Below, piece after piece: positions 17,599 to 24,868 of a stretch of 24,868 nucleotides of DNA (position 1 is the first letter of the stretch; each line of letters opens with the position of its first letter). The DNA is from Candidatus Bathyarchaeia archaeon (GTDB taxonomy: Archaea; Thermoproteota; Bathyarchaeia; Bathyarchaeales; Bathycorpusculaceae): positions 1-24,868 of the forward strand of contig JAVZNT010000013.1 of the NCBI GenBank assembly GCA_038882655.1. Reading direction: 5' to 3'. Below the pieces are notes generated by a model that saw nothing but the letters and a program-made list of their open reading frames with translations, did no database searches and was not told the origin of the DNA. The position numbers were made by a program, and so were the translations under genes.

Positions 17599-18906
17599 TT
17601 AGGTTATGCGTTTAGTCCTCAAGAATTTTATGGCGAAGAGCACGGTGCCAGCTGTCACTATGACCGATGATAAGTAGAAGGCGTTTATGAAAGCTGCATG
17701 CTCTCGCATTCCTAAAATTTTAGTCTCAACATCTGCAAAGGGTCCACCTATTAGGATCCCTGCTGGCCCCCAGCTCAAGGCGATAACCGCATTATAGCGG
17801 CTTAGCAGCCTTCCCCTTTTATGTTCTGGTGTTAAGTCTCCCGCCAACGCGAAGCCTACTGTTTGGACGCTCCAAAAGGCTACTCCGTTTAGCCCGTAAA
17901 TGAAAGCCATTAGGGGAACATTTACCGCCAAACCATATAAAGTCGGAGTTAAAACTGCCAAAACCAGCCCTGAGAGTATCACTTTTTCTCTTCCAATTTT
18001 ATCTGCAAGTCTTCCGGATATGGCGCTTGCAATCATGCCGCCAATAGTCCAAGCACTAATTATTATGCTCATTTCATAGTCGCTTGCGTTTAAGCCGTCT
18101 TGAAGCTTGATGAAGAGATAAAATATTTGGTTTACTGAAGCTGCGCCCAAAACAATGATTATTAGGGATACCAAAAACCACTTGTACGCCCTCTCGTTTC
18201 CAACAAAAATTTTCTCCTTCACCATACCTTCTTCTGTTGCTGACTGTTCTTGTATGGGCTTTAAGCCCTCCCCTCTTATGCTCTTTGAAATAAAAGCCAT
18301 TATGGCTGCTCCAGTAAATAATAGTGCAGTTACAGTCCAGAAAATTGTCCCGTTTCTGAAGCCTTCCCCGCCAGCATAAAGGAAGCCGGCGAATATTATT
18401 CCAATCATCCTTCCCAGAGATGCGATGAAGTTTAATGAACCAACGACCTTTCCGCGGGAACTTGGGGTGGTGACGTCTGTTAGAAGCACAGCCCAACCTA
18501 CATCAGACATGGACCAGAAAAACTCCAGAACTGCCAGTCCGAAGATTATTGTTAGACCAGCGTCAAAGCCTCTTCCAATGTCTATTAAGAATCTGTGGAT
18601 GAAAAATACGATTATGTAGGTGAAGCCCGCTATGCTTTCCCCAATCATAATAAGCTTAGTTCTAACCCTAAAACGGTCGCATATCCTCCCCCAAAGAAGG
18701 TTTTGACCCAAAGCAGAGGCGATCATGTCAAAGGTTCCGAGGGCTGCTGTTGAAGTCACAGTATGCATAAGCGTGTAAACATAATTAACCATGAAGGTGT
18801 AGAATATTCCTCTTCTAAGAAAAGTTAGAAATTGGAAAATGCCCAAATTAACAAAAATTTTTGTGAAAAGCGTCAAACTTGAAGTTTGTCCATTCCTTTT
18901 TCTCAT
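17599..18906 (-). CDS. MFS transporter
   Basis: About 12 TM segments; motif A-like WGRICDRFRVR and SGRLADKIGRE. Confidence 0.9.
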   Translation of the reverse strand: MRKRNGQTSSLTLFTKIFVNLGIFQFLTFLRRGIFYTFMVNYVYTLMHTVTSTAALGTFDMIASALGQNLLWGRICDRFRVRTKLIMIGESIAGFTYIIVFFIHRFLIDIGRGFDAGLTIIFGLAVLEFFWSMSDVGWAVLLTDVTTPSSRGKVVGSLNFIASLGRMIGIIFAGFLYAGGEGFRNGTIFWTVTALLFTGAAIMAFISKSIRGEGLKPIQEQSATEEGMVKEKIFVGNERAYKWFLVSLIIIVLGAASVNQIFYLFIKLQDGLNASDYEMSIIISAWTIGGMIASAISGRLADKIGREKVILSGLVLAVLTPTLYGLAVNVPLMAFIYGLNGVAFWSVQTVGFALAGDLTPEHKRGRLLSRYNAVIALSWGPAGILIGGPFADVETKILGMREHAAFINAFYLSSVIVTAGTVLFAIKFLRTKRIT

Positions 18907-18932
18907 CGAAACCGCTTTTTAAAGCAGAGACT

Positions 18933-20030
18933 TTAGATGAGGAATTTACCATTCTTATGAATTAATTGTCCGTCAACGTAGATTTCTCCGTCCTTCTTCA
19001 TATCCTTCAATATGTCCCAGTGAATCGCCGACTTGTTAAGTCCCCTAGACTCTGGATAAGAGTTCCCAAGAGCCAAATGCATAGTGCCGCCCATCTTTTC
19101 GTCGAAGAGCATATTTTTTGTAAACCTTGATATAGCGTAGTTTGTTCCTATGGCTATTTCTCCGATGCGCCTTGCACCATCGATTTTCAGCATTTCCTGC
19201 AGCAACTCGTTTCCCTTTGCGGCAGTAGCCTTGACAACCTCCCCATCCTTAAAAGTGAGTGTTATATCCTCAACTTCTCTTCCAGAAACTATGCCTGGAA
19301 AAGTGAATCTTATCGTGCCGTTCGCCGAGTTCTCAATGGGAGCGGTAAACACTTCTCCATCCGGCATGTTCTCCTTTCCGGCGCAGTTTATCCATCTTCT
19401 CCCCTTAACATTAAAGGTTAGGTCTGTGTCCTCACCCACCACGCGGACTTCACTTCCACGATTTAAAAACTCGCATATTCTCTCCTGTTCCTGATAGATT
19501 CTTTTCCATTCTGCGATGGGGTCTTCTTTGTCGGCAAGGCAGCTGGCATAAACAAAATCTTCATACTCTGCAAGCGACATAGAAGCCTCTTGGGCTTGAG
19601 CATTCACTGGATATGGCAGTAGAGTCCATCTTAACTTTTTCTCGGCAACACGTCTATAGAAGATTTCTGACAACTCCCTTCTCGCTGCTGCGTGAAGCCT
19701 TATCCGCGCAGGGTCTATGTTTGTTAATTGCTTCGGATTTGGCTCGCAGTAAATGCCTATGTTTACGTCTACATTTTCAGCTATGAACTTTTCAATCGGT
19801 GAAACGTAGCTGAGCTGTTTTTCATTGGCGTACTTGAAGAAGGTGTACTGCAAATCCAGTCTAGGATAAACCATTGGATGAGTCTCAGCCAACAAGCATT
19901 CCCTATAAATCTCATTTATTAACGGAAAAGCCTCATTACTTCCCCGTATTAAAACGGTTTCTCCGGGTTTCACCTCAACACTGTAATGGGCACAAATTTT
20001 TGCAAGCTTCTTTATCCTTGGGTCAACCAT
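18933..20030 (-). CDS. M29 aminopeptidase (AmpS/AmpT/PepS type), intact
   Basis: NMPDGEVFTAP, IGEIAIG, LFDEKMGGTMHLALGNSY, SAIHWD: all expected metal-ligand/catalytic positions present. GGTGA RBS. Confidence 0.95.
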   Translation of the reverse strand: MVDPRIKKLAKICAHYSVEVKPGETVLIRGSNEAFPLINEIYRECLLAETHPMVYPRLDLQYTFFKYANEKQLSYVSPIEKFIAENVDVNIGIYCEPNPKQLTNIDPARIRLHAAARRELSEIFYRRVAEKKLRWTLLPYPVNAQAQEASMSLAEYEDFVYASCLADKEDPIAEWKRIYQEQERICEFLNRGSEVRVVGEDTDLTFNVKGRRWINCAGKENMPDGEVFTAPIENSANGTIRFTFPGIVSGREVEDITLTFKDGEVVKATAAKGNELLQEMLKIDGARRIGEIAIGTNYAISRFTKNMLFDEKMGGTMHLALGNSYPESRGLNKSAIHWDILKDMKKDGEIYVDGQLIHKNGKFLI

Positions 20031-20099
20031 TTAACTCACCATTTTGGAACTCAATAAGAGATGGAACTTGTGTAAAAGCTTTTTGAAGGAAACAAACCG

Positions 20100-20477
20100 T
20101 TATGTTTTCTTTTTTATTAGAAGCCAGTTTTTGTCTCCCTTGAACATTATTAGGGCATAGTCTCCCTTCATTTTCTCGCCATGCAACGTGAACTCTATCT
20201 TATTGGCGCTTCTGTTTTCCAGAGTGTATGTGCCCTTATCCCAGATTTCTACTTTTCCAGCGCCATACATTCCCTCTGGTATTGTGCCTTCAAAATCTAT
20301 GTAGCTTAGCGGGTGATCCTCAACCATAACGGCTAACCTTCTAACGCCTGGCTGTATTGGCGGCTCTTTAGGAACAGCCCAGCTTTTTAAAACGCCGTCC
20401 ATCTCCAACCTAAAATCGTAATGCAAATGCGTTGCATGATGACGCTGAACCACAAATCTTGGCATAACTCTCACCAA
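20100..20477 (-). CDS. Stand-alone DNA 3'-phosphoesterase (LigD PE domain)
   Basis: [66 protein letters not shown]. The start is likely ATG (MPRF) with GGTGA upstream. Confidence 0.93.
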   Translation of the reverse strand: MVRVMPRFVVQRHHATHLHYDFRLEMDGVLKSWAVPKEPPIQPGVRRLAVMVEDHPLSYIDFEGTIPEGMYGAGKVEIWDKGTYTLENRSANKIEFTLHGEKMKGDYALIMFKGDKNWLLIKKKT

Positions 20478-20516
20478 ACCGTTAACTTTACCTCTCTAAA
20501 ATAATTAACTTTAATT

Positions 20517-21020
20517 TTGGAGAGGCATTTGCAAGAATCCGCAATTATTAAGAGGTTTGTAGAGTTTCCATACCTGCCAAGCCCAACTTCTGTTATTCAC
20601 GCATCCCTAAACATGGTGGAAGTCAAACCCAACGAGATTTTCGCAGATCTCGGATGCGGAGACGGTTCCGTATTAATAGAAGCTGCCACAAAATTCGAAG
20701 TTTACTGCGTCGGATTCGAGGTTAACCCAGCATTAGTTAAGCTAGCCCGCCAAAAAGTTGAGGATGCTGGACTTAAGCGGCTAATCGATATTGTCTATGC
20801 AGATTTATTCACAATTGACTTGTCGAAGCTTAATGTGATATATGTTTATCCATTCCCACCAATAATTCCAAGGCTTTCAGAAAAAATAATAACCGAATGC
20901 CAAAAAAGCACAAGAATACTTGTCCACGATCACAACCTAAACGGACTTCAACCAGCAAAGAATATTCAAATATTCGAAAGAGGAGTCCATATCCATACAG
21001 TTCAACTTTACATCCTATAG
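20517..21020 (+). CDS. Class I SAM-dependent methyltransferase, aKMT/FAM173-like protein lysine methyltransferase
   Basis: PYLPSP pre-motif, DLGCGDG motif I, GFE post-I, ADLF..DLS..NVIYVY, RILVHD. Confidence 0.75.
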   Translation: MERHLQESAIIKRFVEFPYLPSPTSVIHASLNMVEVKPNEIFADLGCGDGSVLIEAATKFEVYCVGFEVNPALVKLARQKVEDAGLKRLIDIVYADLFTIDLSKLNVIYVYPFPPIIPRLSEKIITECQKSTRILVHDHNLNGLQPAKNIQIFERGVHIHTVQLYIL

Positions 21021-21088
21021 CCTTGAATGTGAATTTTGAATCTATATTGGCGATTCATAAGTTAGTTAAATATGCTTAGCCTATTCTG

Positions 21089-21295
21089 TTGCGTGAATTG
21101 GAGGAAAATCCTTTGAGTAAAAAGTTAACTCCTAAAGAAAGAAGGGAAATAAAAGCCAAAATGTCTGAGGCTCTCAAGAATAACATTAAGGGTCTCTCTA
21201 CAGATTTTCAAAAAATATTGATAGACGACTTGGTTACGGCGTTTCAAAATAGAATAAACGTGTTAATGCGAGTACAAGCTAAAAGAAGCTACTAA
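21089..21295 (+). CDS. Small basic helical hypothetical protein
   Basis: 60-68 aa; GGAGG precedes TTG 21113; protein-like composition (LSTDFQKILIDDLVTAFQNRINVL). Confidence 0.65.
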   Translation: MRELEENPLSKKLTPKERREIKAKMSEALKNNIKGLSTDFQKILIDDLVTAFQNRINVLMRVQAKRSY

Positions 21296-21333
21296 TGGAG
21301 ACTAAATAGGGAAAAGACGTAGTTTGAATCCAT

Positions 21334-21347
21334 AAAAGCTTTATATA
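21334..21347 (+). promoter_or_regulatory. Archaeal BRE/TATA promoter
   Basis: AAAAG-C-TTTATATA, about 35 nt upstream of ATG 21382. Confidence 0.7.
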
Positions 21348-21381
21348 AAATTTGGGAAAATATGGCAAAGAGGTTTGGATA

Positions 21382-21675
21382 ATGAGGCGCTCTAAGCTTG
21401 AAATGTATATCGACATCCTCAAAGTGCTGGCGCACCGTGGTCCATTAAAGCTAACGCATATTATGTATAAGGCTAATGTTAACTGCAGCGTATTGAAGGA
21501 GTATCTAGACTTCCTGATGAAGCAGAACCTTGTTGAAGAGCGAACCATCGGCAAGCGGAGGGTTGTTTACGCCATAACCCAGAGGGGCATAACAGTTCTC
21601 AAACACTTCAAAGAGCTTAAGCAAGTTTTGCCAATAATAGAAGAAGCCAGAAATAAAGCTCCAATACCATATTAA
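21382..21675 (+). CDS. Winged-helix transcriptional regulator (HTH_45/ArnR1-like)
   Basis: MRRSKLEMYIDIL..THIMYKANVN..LKEYLDFL..YAITQRG, a typical archaeal wHTH pattern. Confidence 0.88.
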   Translation: MRRSKLEMYIDILKVLAHRGPLKLTHIMYKANVNCSVLKEYLDFLMKQNLVEERTIGKRRVVYAITQRGITVLKHFKELKQVLPIIEEARNKAPIPY

Positions 21676-21798
21676 CAGTTTCCTCTTTTAGCCTAAATTT
21701 TCGCATTTCCAATTTTGTTAACCTTAATTCTGTTTTGCAGATTTCTGGTTTTGTAGGGTTACATCTGTTTGTGAATCATTATGAGTGTTTCGTAAGAC

Positions 21799-21854
21799 TT
21801 AATAAACTCCTTTCCCCACTACCATATGTGCACATGTAAAACACAATGGGGAAA
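21799..21854 (+). promoter_or_regulatory. TATA-like box followed by nested inverted repeats (operator candidate)
   Basis: TTAATAAA 21799-21806; TTTCCCCA 21811-21818 pairs with TGGGGAAA 21847-21854; perfect palindrome ATGTGCACAT 21826-21835. Confidence 0.5.
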
Positions 21855-21859
21855 CCACA

Positions 21860-22237
21860 GTGTCCAGCCAAGAAAGTCTAGGAAAGAAGCCTCTACAAAT
21901 CCTAGAGAAGATAAGGGAAAATCTAGAAAAACTAAACGAGAAAATGGAAATAATGATTGAGCTGCAGAAACATGGGAGAAAAGAGACGCAGATGATTCCT
22001 CAAGAAGCCCCCCTGGACGTTATGACCCTTCTATCCATGCCAGACCATCTGAGAAAGACAGCTATGACTGTCTGTAGGCTTGGTCGAGCAACAGCTGATG
22101 AGGTTGCCCAGCAAACTCGCAGGGCAAGGGCTGTCGAAAGTGCTTACCTAAACCAGCTTGTTATTATGGGCTATCTTAAGAAGGAGCGTAAGGGGCGGAA
22201 AGCCTACTTTTATGTGGAAAAGGAGAGCCAGGGGTGA
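21860..22237 (+). CDS. Coiled-coil + winged helix-turn-helix DNA-binding protein
   Basis: Heptad N-terminus LQILEKIRENLEKLNEKMEIMIEL; HTH ATADEVAQQTRRARAVESAYLNQLV; basic wing GYLKKERKGRKAYF. GTGA overlap with the ATPase gene. Confidence 0.85.
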   Translation: MSSQESLGKKPLQILEKIRENLEKLNEKMEIMIELQKHGRKETQMIPQEAPLDVMTLLSMPDHLRKTAMTVCRLGRATADEVAQQTRRARAVESAYLNQLVIMGYLKKERKGRKAYFYVEKESQG

Positions 22238-23016
22238 GAGCTTTGGGCAAAATTGTGGCAATTCACTCCTACAAGGGGGGAACAGGGAAGACTCTCCTCT
22301 CAATCAATTTGGCTGTTACTTTAGCCAAGCATAGCAAGAAAGTATGTCTCTTAGATTTGGATTTTAGGGCGCCAAGCCTTGCCACCCTTTTGAAAGTTGG
22401 AAAGGTTGAGTATTGGCTTAATGACTACCTTAACGGAGTTTGTGAAATAGAAAAAGTCTTAATCGACCTAAGCGAAAGAATAGCCAACCAAGGGAAATTT
22501 TTTGTAGGCTTAGCCAACCCATCAGTGGAAGCTATAAGGGACATGTCCTCAAAAGATAGGAAATGGGAGATGCGAGCTCTTGGAAGACTGCTTTCGCTCA
22601 GAAACTCGCTTCTAGACGCTAAAGGCTTTGATTACATAGTCTTTGACACAAGTCCTGGCTTGCAGTACTCCTCAATAAACGCCATAGTGAGCGCTGACGT
22701 TGTCATAGTGGCGTCAACCCTTGACAACTCAGATGTCGAAGGAACAAGAAGAATGCTACGGGAACTTTACGACCTCTTTGAAAAGAAAACAGAAATTGTT
22801 CTAAACAAAATTTTGTATGACGAGTCTTTAAGGTCTGGAAAGGAAAAGCTACAAGCTCTAGTTAAAGACACTTACGAAGTTCCGCTTTTAGGAGTGATCC
22901 CCTGCTTCTGCGACATTTCAAGAGCTGAGGGGAAAATAATTTTCGTCCACGAAAAGCCCGACCATCCGTTTACAAGAATCCTGGACGAGATAGCAGCCAA
23001 AATAGACAAGACTTAA
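22234..23016 (+). CDS. MinD/ParA family P-loop ATPase
   Basis: Deviant Walker A KGGTGKT, A' LLDLDFRAP, Walker B YIVFDTSPG, LNK. No C-terminal amphipathic extension. Confidence 0.92.
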   Translation: MRALGKIVAIHSYKGGTGKTLLSINLAVTLAKHSKKVCLLDLDFRAPSLATLLKVGKVEYWLNDYLNGVCEIEKVLIDLSERIANQGKFFVGLANPSVEAIRDMSSKDRKWEMRALGRLLSLRNSLLDAKGFDYIVFDTSPGLQYSSINAIVSADVVIVASTLDNSDVEGTRRMLRELYDLFEKKTEIVLNKILYDESLRSGKEKLQALVKDTYEVPLLGVIPCFCDISRAEGKIIFVHEKPDHPFTRILDEIAAKIDKT

Positions 23017-23025
23017 GCCAAAAAT

Positions 23026-23145
23026 TTATCGTGCTACAAGCTTATTCACAAGCTGGTATACTCTGCAGTTTTTGCACTTTTCATATTCTTTCTCGTCGCA
23101 TTGCCTACATATCATCCTATTCAATTCTTTAATTTCAGAGTTCAT
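23026..23145 (-). CDS. 39-aa CxxC-x7-CxxC zinc-finger micro-protein
   Basis: Manual translation MNSEIKELNRMICRQCDEKEYEKCKNCRVYQLVNKLVAR*. GAGGAG lies upstream and the stop is 9 nt from the ATPase stop. An alternative in-frame ATG at 23184 gives 52 aa. Confidence 0.7.
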   Translation of the reverse strand: MNSEIKELNRMICRQCDEKEYEKCKNCRVYQLVNKLVAR

Positions 23146-23308
23146 CGACCCCAAGCTCCTCACTGATAAAATTTTGGAAACCATATGTATAGCCTATATT
23201 CCACCTTCGAAATATTCCAAAACCTTTCCCAACATATTACGGAGAAAAAGCTTATAGAAGCCACAAACATCTTCATATGCAACAAATCATTAAGGAAAGC
23301 ATCACCCA

Positions 23309-23923
23309 TTGGATAATTCAGCAATAGTGTTAGCCGGAGGCGCGTCCAAAAGATTCGGCTATGATAAAGGCTTAGCTCCACTTGCGGGCAAGCCCCTAAT
23401 AATGCATGTTTTAGACGCTTTGGACAACATTGTTGAGCAGAAAATTGTTGTCGTGAGCTCGAAAGAGCAAGCCGAAAAAATTGCAAAAATCCTAAAGTCG
23501 GATGTCAAAATAGCTATAGACCAAGGCGAGTTTCATAGCCCCCTTGTAGGCGCATTAAAGGGTTTCAAGGAGGCTGGGGGCGAGTACACGCTTCTGCTTC
23601 CATGCGACACGCCAATGATTTCGAGGGAAATTCTCGCGCTTATCTTGGAGCTGTGTGTGGGCAAGAATGCTGTTATTCCCCGTTGGCCAAACGGTTACAT
23701 AGAGCCTTTACATGCAGTTTATCGCGTCAAGTCAGCCTTGGAAGCAGCGGAAATAGCCTTAAACGAGGAAAGACATGACTTGCGTTCCATGGTTGAGAAG
23801 CTGCGGAACATACGTTATGTTTCAACTCTTATCTTTCAGCAGTTTGATCCGCAGCTTAAAATGTTTTTAAATGTTAACACGCCTTTAGACTTGAAAAGGG
23901 CTGAGTCGTTGCTTAAAGGCTAA
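23309..23923 (+). CDS. mobA: Molybdenum cofactor guanylyltransferase
   Basis: AIVLAGGASKRFGYDK, PLVG, LLPCDTP, IEPLHAVY, FLNVNTPLDL. Confidence 0.92.
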   Translation: MDNSAIVLAGGASKRFGYDKGLAPLAGKPLIMHVLDALDNIVEQKIVVVSSKEQAEKIAKILKSDVKIAIDQGEFHSPLVGALKGFKEAGGEYTLLLPCDTPMISREILALILELCVGKNAVIPRWPNGYIEPLHAVYRVKSALEAAEIALNEERHDLRSMVEKLRNIRYVSTLIFQQFDPQLKMFLNVNTPLDLKRAESLLKG

Positions 23924-23934
23924 AGGGTTAAATG

Positions 23935-24868
23935 CTAAATTTTCCCAATGGTTTTGGCGTAGTCCTCTGTCGCTTGGAAAAGTTTTTCCATGTCAGCGTC
24001 CGTGTGGGCTGCACTTATTGATCCAAAATGTGTTGGGAGGAAAAACGCTCCCCTCGCAATTAGGTTTGTGTGATATTCCGCCAGCCTTTTCTTGTCTCCT
24101 TCGAAGGTGTCTCTAGCATTTCTGACTTCTTTACTCGTAAAGTGTGTGGTAAATATTGAGCCAGCGCCAGTTACCTGAACCCTTATTCCTTTTACCTCAA
24201 AGATCTCCCTTAATGTTTTCCTAACCTTTTCGCCCGCACCATTCAGCCTTGATATAATGTTTCCATCTTCAAGGACTTTTAATGTTGCCAGTCCAGCTGC
24301 CATTGTGATTGGATTTGCGCAGAATGTTCCGCCGTGAAATGAGTAGTTGGGGCGTTCATACATGAGCGGGTTTAGGCGTTCCATTATTTCACGTCTTCCA
24401 CAGAAGGCGCCTACAGGAAAGCCTCCACCCAATATTTTTCCAAAAACTGTTATGTCGGGTAAAACGCCATAATATTGTTGGGCTCCTCCAGGCGCGAGCC
24501 TAAACCCTGTAATTACCTCATCGTAAATTAGGAGGATACCTCTTTCGTCGCAGATCTCCCTTAAACCCTTAAGAAATTCCTTTTCCGCTGGGATGCATCC
24601 GCCAGCACCCAAGATTGGCTCGATTATTATTGCTGCCGCTGAGTTTTTCTGGACTTTTGCCTTTACGTCTTCAAGGTTATTGAAAACCGCCAGCACTGTG
24701 TCTTGTGTTGCGCCAACTGTCAATCCGGCTGCTTCTGGAACATCGAAGGGGTGTTTCACGCCTACGTGGAGGGCGTCGTAGCCTCCATGCCATCCGCCTT
24801 CAAATTTTATTATTTTGCTTTTGCCGGTGTAGGCTCTTGCTAAGCGTATAGCATACATATTGGCCTCT
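23935..24868 (-). CDS. hemL: Class III PLP aminotransferase, glutamate-1-semialdehyde aminomutase-like (5' end outside window)
   Basis: The frame continues to the edge as EANMYAIRLARAYTG; KFEGGWHG, LIYDEVITGFR, PLP lysine FGKILGGGFPVGAF, GGTFCANP. True HemL versus paralogue is not resolved. Confidence 0.8.
   Translation of the reverse strand, partial: EANMYAIRLARAYTGKSKIIKFEGGWHGGYDALHVGVKHPFDVPEAAGLTVGATQDTVLAVFNNLEDVKAKVQKNSAAAIIIEPILGAGGCIPAEKEFLKGLREICDERGILLIYDEVITGFRLAPGGAQQYYGVLPDITVFGKILGGGFPVGAFCGRREIMERLNPLMYERPNYSFHGGTFCANPITMAAGLATLKVLEDGNIISRLNGAGEKVRKTLREIFEVKGIRVQVTGAGSIFTTHFTSKEVRNARDTFEGDKKRLAEYHTNLIARGAFFLPTHFGSISAAHTDADMEKLFQATEDYAKTIGKI

Noticed and set aside
23160-23486. 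108-aa minus-strand ORF
   Set aside because: Overlaps mobA antisense and has non-protein-like composition; the credible ORF here is the 39-aa one in another frame.
23309-23923. mobA as the maturation factor for the WOR5-like enzyme
   Set aside because: Characterised archaeal AOR-family enzymes use the non-nucleotide bis-pyranopterin cofactor, and the genes are 15 kb apart.

Overview
Archaeal chromosomal segment, most consistent with Bathyarchaeia (inferred from gene style, TATA/BRE promoters and secreted cohesin/dockerin/beta-helix proteins). The left end has a truncated secreted cohesin-like protein missed by the ORF track and a ~1190-aa secreted subtilase with a beta-helix, Ig-like domains and a C-terminal dockerin. 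A decayed second dockerin tail sits directly behind its stop codon. This is a candidate cellulosome-style cohesin-dockerin proteolytic surface system with signs of dockerin swapping. The rest is mostly peptide/amino-acid catabolism and housekeeping: a WOR5-like tungsten oxidoreductase pair, an M29 aminopeptidase, a ligand-less M29 paralogue broken by an in-frame TGA, tdh-kbl, ABC and MFS transporters, TrmO, a stand-alone LigD phosphoesterase, an aKMT-like methyltransferase, MobA and a HemL-like aminotransferase. There is also a wHTH / coiled-coil-wHTH / MinD-ParA cluster with an operator-like palindrome and a convergent unannotated 39-aa zinc-finger micro-ORF. No CRISPR array, rRNA, intact tRNA, transposase or integrase was seen. 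All family assignments come from motif recognition by eye, not database searches.
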